This document shows, piece after piece, positions 9,101 through 20,406 of a stretch of 64,000 nucleotides of DNA. The position numbers and the translations under genes were made by a program. Every line of letters starts with the position of its first letter. Within the stretch, counting starts at the first letter, position 1. The notes below the pieces were generated by a model. The model saw only the letters and a program-made list of their open reading frames with translations. It was not told where the DNA came from and searched no databases. The DNA comes from Terriglobia bacterium (GTDB lineage: Bacteria > Acidobacteriota > Terriglobia > 20CM-2-55-15). Location of the stretch: contig CAXWPJ010000009.1 of NCBI GenBank assembly GCA_963664115.2, forward strand, positions 1 through 64,000, in the 5' to 3' direction.

Positions 9101-11175
9101 GTGGCATACACCATCATTCACCAGCATGACGCCAATGACTGTGGCCCCGCGTGTCTGGCGATGGTGGCGGCGCATTATGGAAAACGTCAGTCCATTGCTC
9201 GACTCAGAGAAAAATCTGGAACCGACCGCCAGGGCACAAACCTCGCAGGGCTAATACAGGCGGCCCAGGAAGTGGGCTTCGAGGCCCGTGGCGTCCGCGC
9301 CACCCCGGAAGGCCTCACCGAGGTCACGCTCCCCGCCATCGCCCCCTGGTCCGAAGACGGGCGGAACCACTTCGTCGTCCTGTTCAAACAAAGCTCGCGG
9401 CGCATTACGATCGGCGACCCCGCCCTTGGTGTACGCAAGCTCACACCCGAAGAATTCGCTGCGCACTGGACCGGGATACTCGTACTTCTGAAACCCACCC
9501 TCAACTTGCGGGATCTATCCACGCCCTCGCTTTCGAAACTGTGGTCCCTGGTTGGCCACCATCGAAAGCTCTTCCTGGATGCACTGCTCGCGGCAGTCCT
9601 CATGACGATCCTCGGCCTCGCCTCAGCCTTCTTCATCCAAGTCCTCGTCGACTTCGTGTTCCTTGTTGGAGCCGAACCCACCTTAAACTGGCTCGGCCTG
9701 GGATGCTGCTCGTGCTGGGTGCGCGTGTCGCGTTCCACGGCCTCCGAGCCTATCTCCTCGCCCACCTCAGCCACCGGATCGATGCGGACATTGTGTTGGG
9801 ATACCACCATCATGTCCTGGGACTGCCGCTTGATTTCTTCTGGACCCGCCGGACCGGCGAGATCCTCTCCCGCTTGTCTGATGCGATGAAGATCCGCCTG
9901 GCGATCAGCGGGACTGGCCTTGCCGTCATCGTCGACGGCATCACCTTGATTCTGACCGCCACCATCATGTGCATCCTTCATTGGAAACTGGCCATCGCTT
10001 CTCTCGCTCTTTTGCCAGTGCTCGTCGTTGTCCTCTATGGTTTGACGGGGCCTATGAAACGCGCCCAGCGGACGGCCATGGAGCGGGCCGCACACTTCGA
10101 GTCGCACACCGTAGAAGCCGTCAGCGCCATCGATACGGTCAAGGCGTTTCGGGCCGAAGACCGCATGCGGCTTCGCGGCGAAGTCCGCTTTGGTGAGTTG
10201 ATCGACGCCACGTTCCGGGCCGAGATCTTTGCCTTGCACGCCTCCACCTTAACAACGTTTCTGACCGGACTGGCAAGCCTGACGCTGCTGTGGGTCGGCG
10301 GGCGCGAAGTCCTCGCCGGTGGTCTGAGCGTCGGTCAGCTCATGGCACTCTTCACGATGTTGGGAACCGTTATTGGCCCCGTCGAACGACTGGCCAATGC
10401 GAATCAATCCATACAGGACGCATTGGTCGCTGGAGAACGCCTTGGGGAAATTTTTGAAATAGAGCCCGAAGAAAATCGGGAACCTCAGGAAAGATCGATG
10501 AAGGTCGCACGTTCCATTGAAGGTGCCATCGAATTTCAGAACGTGACATTTGGCTATGGAAACCGGCCGCCCGTCATCAAAGATCAGAGCTTCCGCATTG
10601 ACCCCGGCGAATGTTGCCGCATCGTAGGCGCAAGCGGTAGCGGCAAGACAACGCTTGCCCGGGCGCTGGGACGGTTTCTGAAACCCCACAGTGGGCGTGT
10701 CTTAATTGATGCCATCGATGTCAACGATTACACCCTGGAGAGTCTGCGCCGCCAGGTGGGCTATGTCTCCCAGGACGGGCACATACTGAGTGTCTCCATC
10801 GCCGACAACATTCGCCTGGGCCGGGCGGACGCTTCCCCTACAGAAGTCCGCCTGGCCGCGACCCAGGCCGGAGCCGCCGCATTTATCGAACACCTACCCC
10901 TGGGCTACAACTCGCTGGTCGGCGAGCGCGGCACTACCCTATCGGGTGGGGAACGGCAGCGCTTGCTCCTGGCACGGGCCATTCTTGTCAACCCGCCCAT
11001 ACTGGTTCTTGATGAACCGACCAATCACCTCGACCGGGCATCGACACAGGCAGTCCGGGAACTGATCGATCAGCGCAAACGCGACCACCGCACAACGATC
11101 ATAATCTCCCACGACGAACTGCCCGCCCACAGAACGATTGCCATCGACAGCAACACTTATGCGCTGGCGAACTGA
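9101..11175 (+). CDS. Peptidase-containing ABC exporter (C39, TMD, NBD), apparent frameshift near 9700
   Basis: QHDANDCGPACL, HFVV, IGDPA triad; GASGSGKTT, LSGGERQ, LDEPT, ISH; frames switch at GGCCTGGGATG. Confidence 0.9.
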
Positions 11176-12328
11176 GCTTAACCTCGGCGGAAAGCCCCGC
11201 CTGGTGGGCGCGACGGTCTACGTCCTTGCCACTCTCCTGGCCATTGCACTCACATGGAGTTATTTCACTGAAGTGGACGTCGTCGTCCGTGCACCCGGCC
11301 TGGTCCGGCCCGATGGCGAAGTCGTTCGAATCACCTCCGAGGTCGCCGGAACCATCGAGGCCGTCCACGTTGAGGAGGGCGACGCAGTTCACACAGGTGA
11401 CATCGTCGTCCGGTTGGACAACCAGCAGATCCGTTTGGAACGCGAAACGATAGAACACCAAATCGCTCTCGCCGGGGAACAACTCCGGGACCTCGATCGC
11501 AGGATCGCGACCACGGCCAGAATCCACGTTCTGGAACTGGAAAAGCTCGACACGGAAATCCGCTCAGCCCGTCAAGTCCTGGAACAAGGACACAGGGAAC
11601 ACGCGGCTCAAATGGAATCAGCCTCGCTTCGGCTGGAACAGACACGCCAGGAACACTTGAGGAACCAGCAATTGTTCGCGGAAGGACTCATCTCCCGGCA
11701 AACTTCGGATCGCTTCCGGAACGATTTCAATCTGGCCGAGGCCCAGCACCTGGAAATCCTCTATCGGAAACCCACTGACGCATCCTTGCAATCGTTGCTG
11801 GAAACGAAAAATTTGATCGATGCGGAACTTGAATCACTCCAACAGGACCTTCGGATGGAATCCGTGCCGATCGAGGCCCAACGGACCGAACTCCGGTCAC
11901 GACAACAGCAAGTCGATCAGGAAGCGGAGCGCCGCTTCATTCGCAGCCCGTCTACGGGCCAGATTACCCTGCTGCCCACAGTACATCCGGGAGAACATAT
12001 TGCCGCCGGCACTCTGATCGCAACGCTGGCCCCGACACCGGTCCGTCCCATCGTCGAGGCCTGGGTCCCAAACGCCAAGGCCACGGACCTTCGGCCCGGC
12101 CATCCCGCCCGTCTCCGTCTTGACGATTCGGAAACCATAGACGGCATCGTCTTCGCCGTCAGCCCGAACGTGCGGTTTACCGAGTCCGCGAACGGCGCCT
12201 TCCAGGTCCTGATCGCCCCCGACACGCTGGGCCTCCGCCTCGGCCTGGCCGTCGACGTCCGCATCATTACACGCCAGGAGCGAGTCCTGACCTTGCTGTT
12301 CAACAGAATCGAAAGGGCGTTTGACTAA
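11138..12328 (+). CDS. HlyD family secretion membrane fusion protein
   Basis: N-terminal TM, GTIEAVHVEEGDAVHTGD, long coiled coil, IRSPSTG. Confidence 0.9.
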   Translation: MPSTATLMRWRTELNLGGKPRLVGATVYVLATLLAIALTWSYFTEVDVVVRAPGLVRPDGEVVRITSEVAGTIEAVHVEEGDAVHTGDIVVRLDNQQIRLERETIEHQIALAGEQLRDLDRRIATTARIHVLELEKLDTEIRSARQVLEQGHREHAAQMESASLRLEQTRQEHLRNQQLFAEGLISRQTSDRFRNDFNLAEAQHLEILYRKPTDASLQSLLETKNLIDAELESLQQDLRMESVPIEAQRTELRSRQQQVDQEAERRFIRSPSTGQITLLPTVHPGEHIAAGTLIATLAPTPVRPIVEAWVPNAKATDLRPGHPARLRLDDSETIDGIVFAVSPNVRFTESANGAFQVLIAPDTLGLRLGLAVDVRIITRQERVLTLLFNRIERAFD

Positions 12329-12432
12329 CTAGTAATTCATACTCGGAAAGCTAACACTGGCCTCCAACTGGCCCACATGACAATGCCCGACCCTTGACTC
12401 GACTTCTGGCCTACGCACAACGGGTGTACTAG

Positions 12433-14281
12433 ACCCAAAACAAGCGCATAACCAGTCCGCCGAGGCCCAGTTCGCGCCGATAGAATTCGAGGCATAGAAT
12501 CCCGTTCCCGGATGGCCTGTTCCAGGTATCGAGTTTCTGTTGAATCTGTTTCAGTTCAGCCTCGCTGGTGTTGGACGGTTGACAGAAACCGGGACCTCGA
12601 TCGCCCGGGCTCAGAGTCATGATCGGGTCAACATCGCAGAGGCTGACGCAACACATCCACCCCGCGGAACAAGACCGGCAACCACCGGTTCCAGGCCAGG
12701 ATCCGGAACAGAATGCGCCGCCCGGTGCGCACGAGTTGGCACGGCACAAGCATGAAAGCGTTCAAGAAGGTTTTGAACTCCATGCGCAGCACGGTTTGCT
12801 TCTCAGCCTGATATTTTTGGCCCCAACGTCCGGTTTCGGGAAGCAGCAATGCAAACCACGCTTTCAGTGTCCAGGCCAGTGACGCGATCACCATGTAGGC
12901 CCAGTTGCTGGTCTGATCTCCGACCGGCATCCGCAACGCCTGAACGCCGTTCTTCAACTGCTCAATGAGATTCTCCTGATTGCACCGTTGATTGGCACGC
13001 ATCACAATCTGGTCGGCCGGATCCGAACGGTTGGTAATGTAGAAGAAGTACCGGATGTCGTCAAACAACACCTGCTCTCCTTTGGCCACCGACAGATTCT
13101 TCCGCACCACGACGACACGGTAGTCCCGATCGCAGGCTCCGGGTCGATACCGAAACTCGGCCACATCCTCACCCTGCAAGCGGATATTGTCGAAACCGCG
13201 CTGCCGAACGATCTCTTCCTTCACGTTGTCGGGACGTTGGCGCGGTTCGGTCGCCACGTCGTATTTCGCGGGCCGTTCCAGGCGCTTCCACTGGCGCGGC
13301 TCCAGTTCATCGGCCCGGGCCTTCAGGTTCGCCATCGCGTCAATCCCGAATATGAAACCCACCTGCTGGTCGTCCCATCCGTCCAGATGCCGGGTCTGGC
13401 TGAAGTCCGTGTCCCCGCGCAGCAGGATCTGGCGAAACCCCGCATGCCGGCACAATGCGATGGCTTGGTCGAACCGGACCGCGGCTCCTTCATGCGACGG
13501 CCGGTTGCCGCTACGATTGACCAGATACAGCGGTTCGGCGGTGTTGGCCAGCGAGATCATCAGCGGGTGATATCCCCACGTCCCGTCGTAGGCCACGTCC
13601 ATCCCTTGCTTGCATTCCCCCGTGGTTTCGGCCAGTGTCCCGTCCGCGTCCAACACCGCTTCTTCGAAAAACGCCGCCGGTTGCTGTCGCCAGACTCCGA
13701 GCCGGACTTGATTGGTTGCCTCCATCAGACACTCCACGTCGTCGGCCTCGAATCTCCGGCAGAAGTCTCCCGCCGTCGTCGGATCCGGAATCCGTTGCGC
13801 TCCCAGCGCATCCAGATACACCGCATCGTTGCGCCGCAGTTCGATGTCTTCCAGGCACGTTCCTCCGCTCAAGGCGTTGTAGGCGATGTTCAGCACGTGA
13901 TCCGACTCGTGATACGGCAGGTGCCGCTTCAACACATGCACGCCCTTGTCGATGGCTTCGATCAGCCCGGTCCGCCGCGCCACCAGTTGCATCGTCCCGA
14001 TACCACCAACCGATGTGCCCCGCGTCCGCTCTCCCATCTCGTACTGAATGTTGCTCGCCGAAAACATCGGCTCTACCTGATCCGTCCAATGCCGGTCCCC
14101 AAGCCGACGTTCGATTCGCCGCTTGCGGTTCCTCATGTTCTTGCGCGTATAATCGTTCATCTGAAATGCCTCCTTTTCCGAAGAATCTGTTCAAGGTTTT
14201 TTTCGCACGGAGACGGGGCATTTCGGGTACTTCCGCTCTTATTGCACTATCATTTCCTCGTCAATCACGCTTGTTCAGGGT
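12433..14281 (-). mobile_element. IS1380 family insertion sequence
   Basis: Imperfect terminal IRs ACCCAAAACAAGCG and CGCTTGTTCAGGGT, with CTAG on both flanks (12429-12432, 14282-14285). Confidence 0.85.
12628..14160 (-). CDS. IS1380 family transposase
   Basis: PDPTTAGDFCRRF, LDADGT, GYHPL, LRGDTDF, RCNQENLIEQLK motifs. Confidence 0.9.
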   Translation of the reverse strand: MNDYTRKNMRNRKRRIERRLGDRHWTDQVEPMFSASNIQYEMGERTRGTSVGGIGTMQLVARRTGLIEAIDKGVHVLKRHLPYHESDHVLNIAYNALSGGTCLEDIELRRNDAVYLDALGAQRIPDPTTAGDFCRRFEADDVECLMEATNQVRLGVWRQQPAAFFEEAVLDADGTLAETTGECKQGMDVAYDGTWGYHPLMISLANTAEPLYLVNRSGNRPSHEGAAVRFDQAIALCRHAGFRQILLRGDTDFSQTRHLDGWDDQQVGFIFGIDAMANLKARADELEPRQWKRLERPAKYDVATEPRQRPDNVKEEIVRQRGFDNIRLQGEDVAEFRYRPGACDRDYRVVVVRKNLSVAKGEQVLFDDIRYFFYITNRSDPADQIVMRANQRCNQENLIEQLKNGVQALRMPVGDQTSNWAYMVIASLAWTLKAWFALLLPETGRWGQKYQAEKQTVLRMEFKTFLNAFMLVPCQLVRTGRRILFRILAWNRWLPVLFRGVDVLRQPLRC

Positions 14282-14518
14282 CTAGACTCGCTCTTCCCTT
14301 GGAGCGCCGCCCAGGGCGTAGCGCAAACCGGCAGCGTATGACTCCAACTCGCTGCGGCGGATGTTCAACCTTATCTTCTCTTCAAGACTCCGCTCGGGGT
14401 CGCGATATTGCTTCATGAGTTCTACGAGTTGGTTGCTGGTTGTGGCCAACTCTTCCCGTAGGTCCTCCGCCCCTCGCAAGGCATCGCCTGTGACCGTCTG
14501 TGTTGCTGTCGCTGACAT
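14282..14518 (-). CDS. Small coiled-coil hypothetical protein
   Basis: GGAG RBS; its TAG stop coincides with the IS flank CTAG. Confidence 0.6.
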   Translation of the reverse strand: MSATATQTVTGDALRGAEDLREELATTSNQLVELMKQYRDPERSLEEKIRLNIRRSELESYAAGLRYALGGAPREERV

Positions 14519-14554
14519 GATTTCTCCGTGTTCAGACGTCCGTCGGCCAGCATT

Positions 14555-15873
14555 TCAGTACTCCCAGACCGCGATCGGGTAATACGGAAACGTACTGTTT
14601 GCACTGGCGATCGTGCTCGTGTTGTAAATGATTCCTGCACCGCCACCGCCGTTGAAGTCGGCAATGATATCTCCCCGCGTCGACCGCAGGGCTCCCAGCG
14701 GTTCGGACATCGTTGCCGTGTCGCGCGTCTTCGCAATAAACACGCCTCCTTGTACCTCTCCGTTCCCACCACCGTTCCAGTGCATTTCTCCCTGGCCGAT
14801 CGCCAGAACCAGGCCGTTCCAATTGAAGTTGCCCGAAAGTGTCAGGACACCCCGTACCAGCAGAATGCCGTAGCCGGTTCCGGGCCCGAACGTGGCATCG
14901 CCGTTGACGACGACAACACGGTAGTCGCTGGCACTTCCGATGTCACCGATCGAAGTCGAGCTTCCGAAGCCCGGCGTGTAGGTGTCTGTGGCCGAGTCCG
15001 AGATGCTGGAGACGATGTCCTCCAGCCCGGACACTGTTTCCAGCGATGTCGAAAGGTCAGTGCTGACGTCTTCGACGTCTGGTGTGGCACCGCCATCACC
15101 GGTGTAGTTGGAAACCCGATTTGCGGGAATGGCGCCGGTTACGGTCGTATCGTCCCCCGCAGAAATGACACCGATAGCATTCTCGTTGTTGCCGCTACCC
15201 GCCGAATCAAATCCATCCACGCGGAACAGATTCGAATTTGCGGCATCGAACAAACCGATGCCTCCGTTGAGAGTCAGCGCTGCCGGAATGGGCGGAAAGG
15301 TTCCTTTCTTGACGTCGGCTGCTATCGTCAGCGTCGCGTTGCCGATGGTTCCGATACTCACCAGGGTGACGACATCATTTGCATCCGTTGTCGCAGTCTG
15401 ACCTTCCGCCGGATCGTTGCGCATGAATACATGGTAGGCGCCTATGGTTTGCCCGGAACCATTGTCGAGGGTCTGGCCCGTCGTTCGGAGTACCGTCGTA
15501 CTCCGGCTTCGACTCAGTCGCTGTTGACGTTGGAAAAGCAATTACGTTACATTAATTTCGACGGGCTAGATGGCAGGAGGGGCTGGTCGTCGGTTGCCAG
15601 GAGCGTGGCCAGGTCCATCGATGCCGACAGCGTCGTGTCCGTCCCGGCAGCCGCCACCATATCCGTGGTCAGATCGTTCGCCGAAACCCTCAACGTTTCC
15701 CGGGCTGCATCGAGACCGGCTTCGGTGAGGAACAACAACTGTGCGTTGGTTTTGTAGTTATCGGCGATCTTAAGGTCGACCGTCGTGCTGGATAAGAGTG
15801 CTCCGCCCACGACCGTGAGAAATGCGAGCAGCATCAGGGCCGTGATCAGCGCCATACCACGCTGTGATCTCAT
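14555..15873 (-). CDS. PilX N-terminal domain type IV pilus-associated protein, apparent frameshift near 15545
   Basis: Prepilin-like QRG/MALITALMLL..TEAGL N-terminus; C-terminal GYGILLVRG..F.WNGLV beta-rich domain in the adjacent ORF. Confidence 0.75.
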
Positions 15874-16240
15874 TTCCGAAACCTCCGTCTAGGGATCAGT
15901 CGAAACTACTCTCAGGCCACAACTAAGGCAAGCTTAATTAATATATTTATTATAGTTATTGATGGCACTTTAGGGGGTGGGGGCCTTAAACGGTTCCACA
16001 ATGCACAGTCGGAAAACCTGCTGAACCGTTGTTGAAAAACACCAAAGCCGTTTCGGACGCTTGATTTGAATTCCTAAGTCTGACTCCTAAGATATAGGAC
16101 GACTTTTTGGTTGAAGACACCCTGCCAGTGGAAGAAATCAACGAAGACTTCCATCACTGGAGTCGCCCAAATTACTGGAACTGATTACAAACCGCCTGCC
16201 GTTGCCGCGCACAGGCATCGTGAAAGAGAGGGGATTTCTA

Positions 16241-16337
16241 AGGGGACGGACACTTCAGGATAGGGACGGACCCTTCTTGCTGCGTCTTAGTCTGAACGCT
16301 GCATTTCGACCGAAGTGTCCGTCCCTGTTCCGTCCCC
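16241..16337. repeat. REP-like inverted repeat doublet (GGGACGGA family)
   Basis: GGGACGGACACTTC (16243-16256) pairs perfectly with GAAGTGTCCGTCCC (16312-16325); extra partial units at 16263 and 16328. Confidence 0.75.
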
Positions 16338-16348
16338 CTGCACCGCCG

Positions 16349-17889
16349 CTACTGGAACGGACAGGTTGGGAGAAACTGTCCGACAGGTTCCATGCACAAT
16401 TGCTGGGTTCTTTCAATTTTCTCCTCAAGGCTCGTGAGCACCTGGGAGTACGGCACGACAGGACCGTGGACGGGAACATCCGCAACCATCAGGTTCCGGA
16501 GTGCGACGTTGTCAGCGTAGACGTCCCGCCACCAATAACCCTGCCACGAGAGGTCAAAGAGATCTCCCTGCACAAGAATTCGATCGCGAGGTACGTAGGC
16601 CATCAGCGCTTCGGCCATGTGGTCGTCCCCGATGATGTGATAGAGATCGATCTCCATAGCGTCATCTTCCAATTTGAGATGGTCGTCAATCCCCACGAAT
16701 TTGAAGGGCGCCGGGTTTCGGCCGAGGTGATCGGGAGCTATGGTCGAGGGCCGGGCGGCGATCTCAGCAAACATATCCTCGGTTCCTCGATGAGCGATGA
16801 TCGTGAGGCCCTCGGCGATAGCCGTTCGCAGCCCTCCCGAGTGGTCGAAATGGTGATGGGAAACGATGGCTTCAGTGAGAGGTTTATCCGGAACCAGGGA
16901 CCGGGCGGTTTCGATCAGTGCAAGGGTCCACGCCTCATTCACGGGCACTTCGAACAGTGTCAGATGATCCTCGAATTCAAATACGATCCCGTTGTGCCCC
17001 CGATTACCATGGAGTAGCCAGATTCCATCTGCGACGACTTCCGCATCAACCATTGGCACGAAAGGGGCCGGCGGTGGGGCCGACACTACCAACTGGGGTG
17101 CGGCAAAAGATCATCGATGGGCGCATCCACGGTGTTCCTGTTGACGTAGAGCTTGCTGGAGACGATGTTCCTGAAGTCGATGACGGTATTGAATCCAAAC
17201 GGCATCTGGAGTCCGTCGATTGGCATGTATCCGGTGAAGGCTGTCTGATACGCGAGGTCGGCCAGCATACCGTTGCTGACCATCCACCGCACCGATGTCG
17301 GGAGTTGGGTCTCTCTGTCGATGCCGAGGATAAATTGGTCGCCTGCCTCAGTCGTGATGTCGACAAGCTGCTGGTTCCCCTGGTTCCGCAAATTGTTGAC
17401 GACGGTCGTCGGGTCGAGCGCTTTGCGCACGAGAACGACAGGGTGCGTCAGCATCTCGATACGCAGGTTGGCCGCGTTCCCTCCGCGGCTGGCCTCTCCG
17501 TCTTCGTTGACCGTGTACGACAGGTCTCCATCCAGGACCTGGGTCGTAACGAAATTTTCCAGACCCCGACTGAGCGTCGCGGCAGAGGTAAAGGCCTGGG
17601 TGCGTTGACGGACACGCACACGGTTGTTGACCAGATCGATCGTCTTTTCGTAGGCCTGAATGTTGGTCCACACCTGGGGCGAATCCACCGAAGCGGAGGC
17701 ATTGGCGCCGCCGTTCTGGGCTGCAGCCTGACCATAGCCTTCGATCATGAGCGTCCGGACAGAGAGGATCCTGTCCTCGCCTCCGAGCGCTGCCGCAGCC
17801 CTGCGGATCACGTCCGGGGCAGACTGCCCCATTGCCTGGCCACACATGGCGGCCACCAATAGACAAAGGGTCCAGATGCTGTTTCGCAT
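16349..17889 (-). CDS. Secreted MBL-fold metallo-hydrolase-like protein, apparent frameshift near 17090
   Basis: Signal peptide; SHHHFDHSGG, H, QGDLF, PVHG motifs in the C-terminal ORF. Confidence 0.8.
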
Positions 17890-17927
17890 ATCTAGCCTCC
17901 TTCGAAAGCTGAAAGTGGAGTCGTAAG

Positions 17928-19029
17928 TTACGACTTGCCGTTGAGTTCTTCCCGGACGATCTTTGCACCTGCGACAAGCGCCTGTAACTTCATCCTCGCG
18001 ACGATACGCGGAAGCGGCTTCATGCCGCAGTCCGTGCTTAAGTACACGCGTTCGGCCGGCACGACCTTGATCACCCTACGAATCCTGTCCGCAACCTGCT
18101 CGGGCGTTTCGATCATCATGGTACGGATATCGATGACCCCAATCTGGACTTCCTTGTCTTTAGGAAGTGAACTCAGACAATCGATATCGGACCTATCCCG
18201 ATTCGCGAAGTCCAGAACGAACTGATCCACGGGAGCGTCATAAAAATGGGGCAGGACGGTAGCATAGTTGCTCGGAACGACGGCATTGCCCCAGGCATTA
18301 CCAAAGCAGAAATGCCAGGCCACCTTGGCATCGACCCCATCCACACACTCTGCGATAACGTCCCCGATCCAACCGTAGTCGTTTTCGTCGTTTGTGAACA
18401 CGGGGAGCCAGGCCCCGAGGTCCTCCAACTGCAGGTAGGTCGCTCCAGCCGCAACGAGGTCTTTCATCTCGGCGTTGAAAATGGGTGCCAGGGCAAAACT
18501 CAGCTCACGGGCATTTTTGTAGTGCTGGAAGTGGACATGCCACGCCAGGTTGACCGACCCGGCACCGACGGACACCTTCATGGGTTTCGTGGCATACTTT
18601 TTGCCTATCTTATAGAGGTCCGCGAGCCGGATCGGACCGCGCGACACCGGCCCGTCATTAACCACGCCGCCCCAGTCGGCAAGAAGCTCGATCTCTTTGG
18701 TCCTCACCGGAGCCCCGATCTCTGACGGATGGATCTCCTTCGCGTTCTGGAATCCGGGAATGCGCTCGTACATATACCAGCAGAACGAGCCGATCACCCC
18801 GACGTAGTCGTCGTAGGACATCTGTCCGTCCGTGATGATATCGAGGCCGGCTTCCTCCTGATCGTGAATAACCGCCTGGGTGGCATCGTTGTACGCCTCT
18901 TCGTGCCCGACTTCTTTGAACGCGACGCGAATGTCGCGTCCAAGGAGTTCGTAGTTATACCAGCCCGGCCGGGGAGAAGGATCCGACCATGGTGGTCGGC
19001 AGTAAGGTATCCACGATCTTGATCGGCAT
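17928..19029 (-). CDS. Cobalamin-independent methionine synthase II family protein, apparent frameshift near 18970
   Basis: N-terminal LPTTMVGSF, QEEAGLDIITDGQ, HFCFGN, GVIDIR, STDCG. Confidence 0.8.
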
Positions 19030-19046
19030 ATTGCGACTCCTTCTGA

Positions 19047-19580
19047 TTAATCTGTGCTATCTATGAGCGACCGCGCCGCAGCGGCCACCCGGCGACCCAG
19101 GGCAATGGCACGCGCGACATCGTCGTTTGGGACTTCCTCGGCGAGAGAGGCGCCCAAACGCGGAGCAGCTAATGCCAGCGGTGCAATCGCCCTTGAAAAG
19201 GCCGCAAGTCCCGGTTCGCTCCCAAGTGCGACGCCCACCTTTCCACGCAACTTTCCTTGAGACCCGAGCCGGGCAAGCACGTCCAGATACCCCTTCCATT
19301 CCCCCGACTCCGCCGCAAAATCTCCAGGTACTCCGAACACGAGTGCGTCCGAGGCGATCACGTCCGATTCCGTGGGACCGACATATTCCTTTCTCATCCG
19401 CTCCAGAGACTCTCTGAATTCGGGAAACCCGCGAATTGTTTCCAGGGAGCCCGCATCCGGCATGCGCCGCAAACGTATTCGGGCTCTACCCTGCACGGCG
19501 CCTACAGCCGCAGCTGTCGCAAGCCTCTCGGTGGAACCGCGGATCGAATAGAAAGCAATCATCACTGTGATCGGAGACAT
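19047..19580 (-). CDS. Flavodoxin/WrbA-like protein (degenerate)
   Basis: FYSIRGSTERLA, DALVFGVP, LRGKVG. Confidence 0.65.
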   Translation of the reverse strand: MSPITVMIAFYSIRGSTERLATAAAVGAVQGRARIRLRRMPDAGSLETIRGFPEFRESLERMRKEYVGPTESDVIASDALVFGVPGDFAAESGEWKGYLDVLARLGSQGKLRGKVGVALGSEPGLAAFSRAIAPLALAAPRLGASLAEEVPNDDVARAIALGRRVAAAARSLIDSTD

Positions 19581-19590
19581 GTCATGCGCC

Positions 19591-20301
19591 TCAATGTAAA
19601 TCGAACACGAGGACTTCCCCGCCCTCAGGTCCTCTCCCGACCACCGACAACTCTTCTTCGCTGCCACAGGCAGCGCCGTCGCCCGCACCGAGCACTCGCC
19701 CGTTCACTGAGCTCTCCCCCCTCACGACCTGCACCCACGCGTAACGTCCGGGACCGAGCACATGGCGTACGCATTCTCCTGTCGCGACTTCCCCAACAAA
19801 TACTCGGGCGTCTTGATTTATGACTGCTGCCCCCTCGCCCACACTCGCTTCCGGCCCGGCCAACAGGCGCAATCTTCCGCGTTTTTCCTCGGGAGAAAAT
19901 GCGATCTGCTGATAGGACGGAGGCAAATCTTCGCATCTTGGCTCGATCCAGATCTGCATCATGTGGAGCGGCTCGGTTTCGGATGCGTTGAACTCGCTGT
20001 GCACAATCCCGTTGCCGGCCGACATGAGCTGGATCTCGTTCGGCCCCATCGTGTGCCGCTCCCCCATGCTGTCTCGATGCACCAGATGTCCTTGCAGGAT
20101 GTAACTGATGATCTCCATGTCCCGGTGCGCGTGGGGACCGAAACCTTTTCCGGGACTGATGCGATCCTCATTCATCACACGTAAGGAGCGAAATCCTGTG
20201 TGCTCCGGATCGTTGTAGTCCGCGAATGAGAACGTGAAAAGTCCCTTCACCCACCCACGGTCAGCGCCGCCTCGCTCTTCACTCTTGCGTATGTCGATCA
20301 T
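19591..20301 (-). CDS. Pirin family protein (YhhW-like)
   Basis: FSFADY, GFGPHAHRDMEI, HRDSMG, MSAGNGIVHSE, QIWI. Confidence 0.92.
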   Translation of the reverse strand: MIDIRKSEERGGADRGWVKGLFTFSFADYNDPEHTGFRSLRVMNEDRISPGKGFGPHAHRDMEIISYILQGHLVHRDSMGERHTMGPNEIQLMSAGNGIVHSEFNASETEPLHMMQIWIEPRCEDLPPSYQQIAFSPEEKRGRLRLLAGPEASVGEGAAVINQDARVFVGEVATGECVRHVLGPGRYAWVQVVRGESSVNGRVLGAGDGAACGSEEELSVVGRGPEGGEVLVFDLH

Positions 20302-20406
20302 AATTTCATTGCCAGTGGGTTTGTGGGTCCTACCTCTTCGGGCGCAGAGTCATTTGAAATGCGACAAGCGTTTCCGTGTCCGGGTTGAACCGTCGCTTCG
20401 CTTGAT

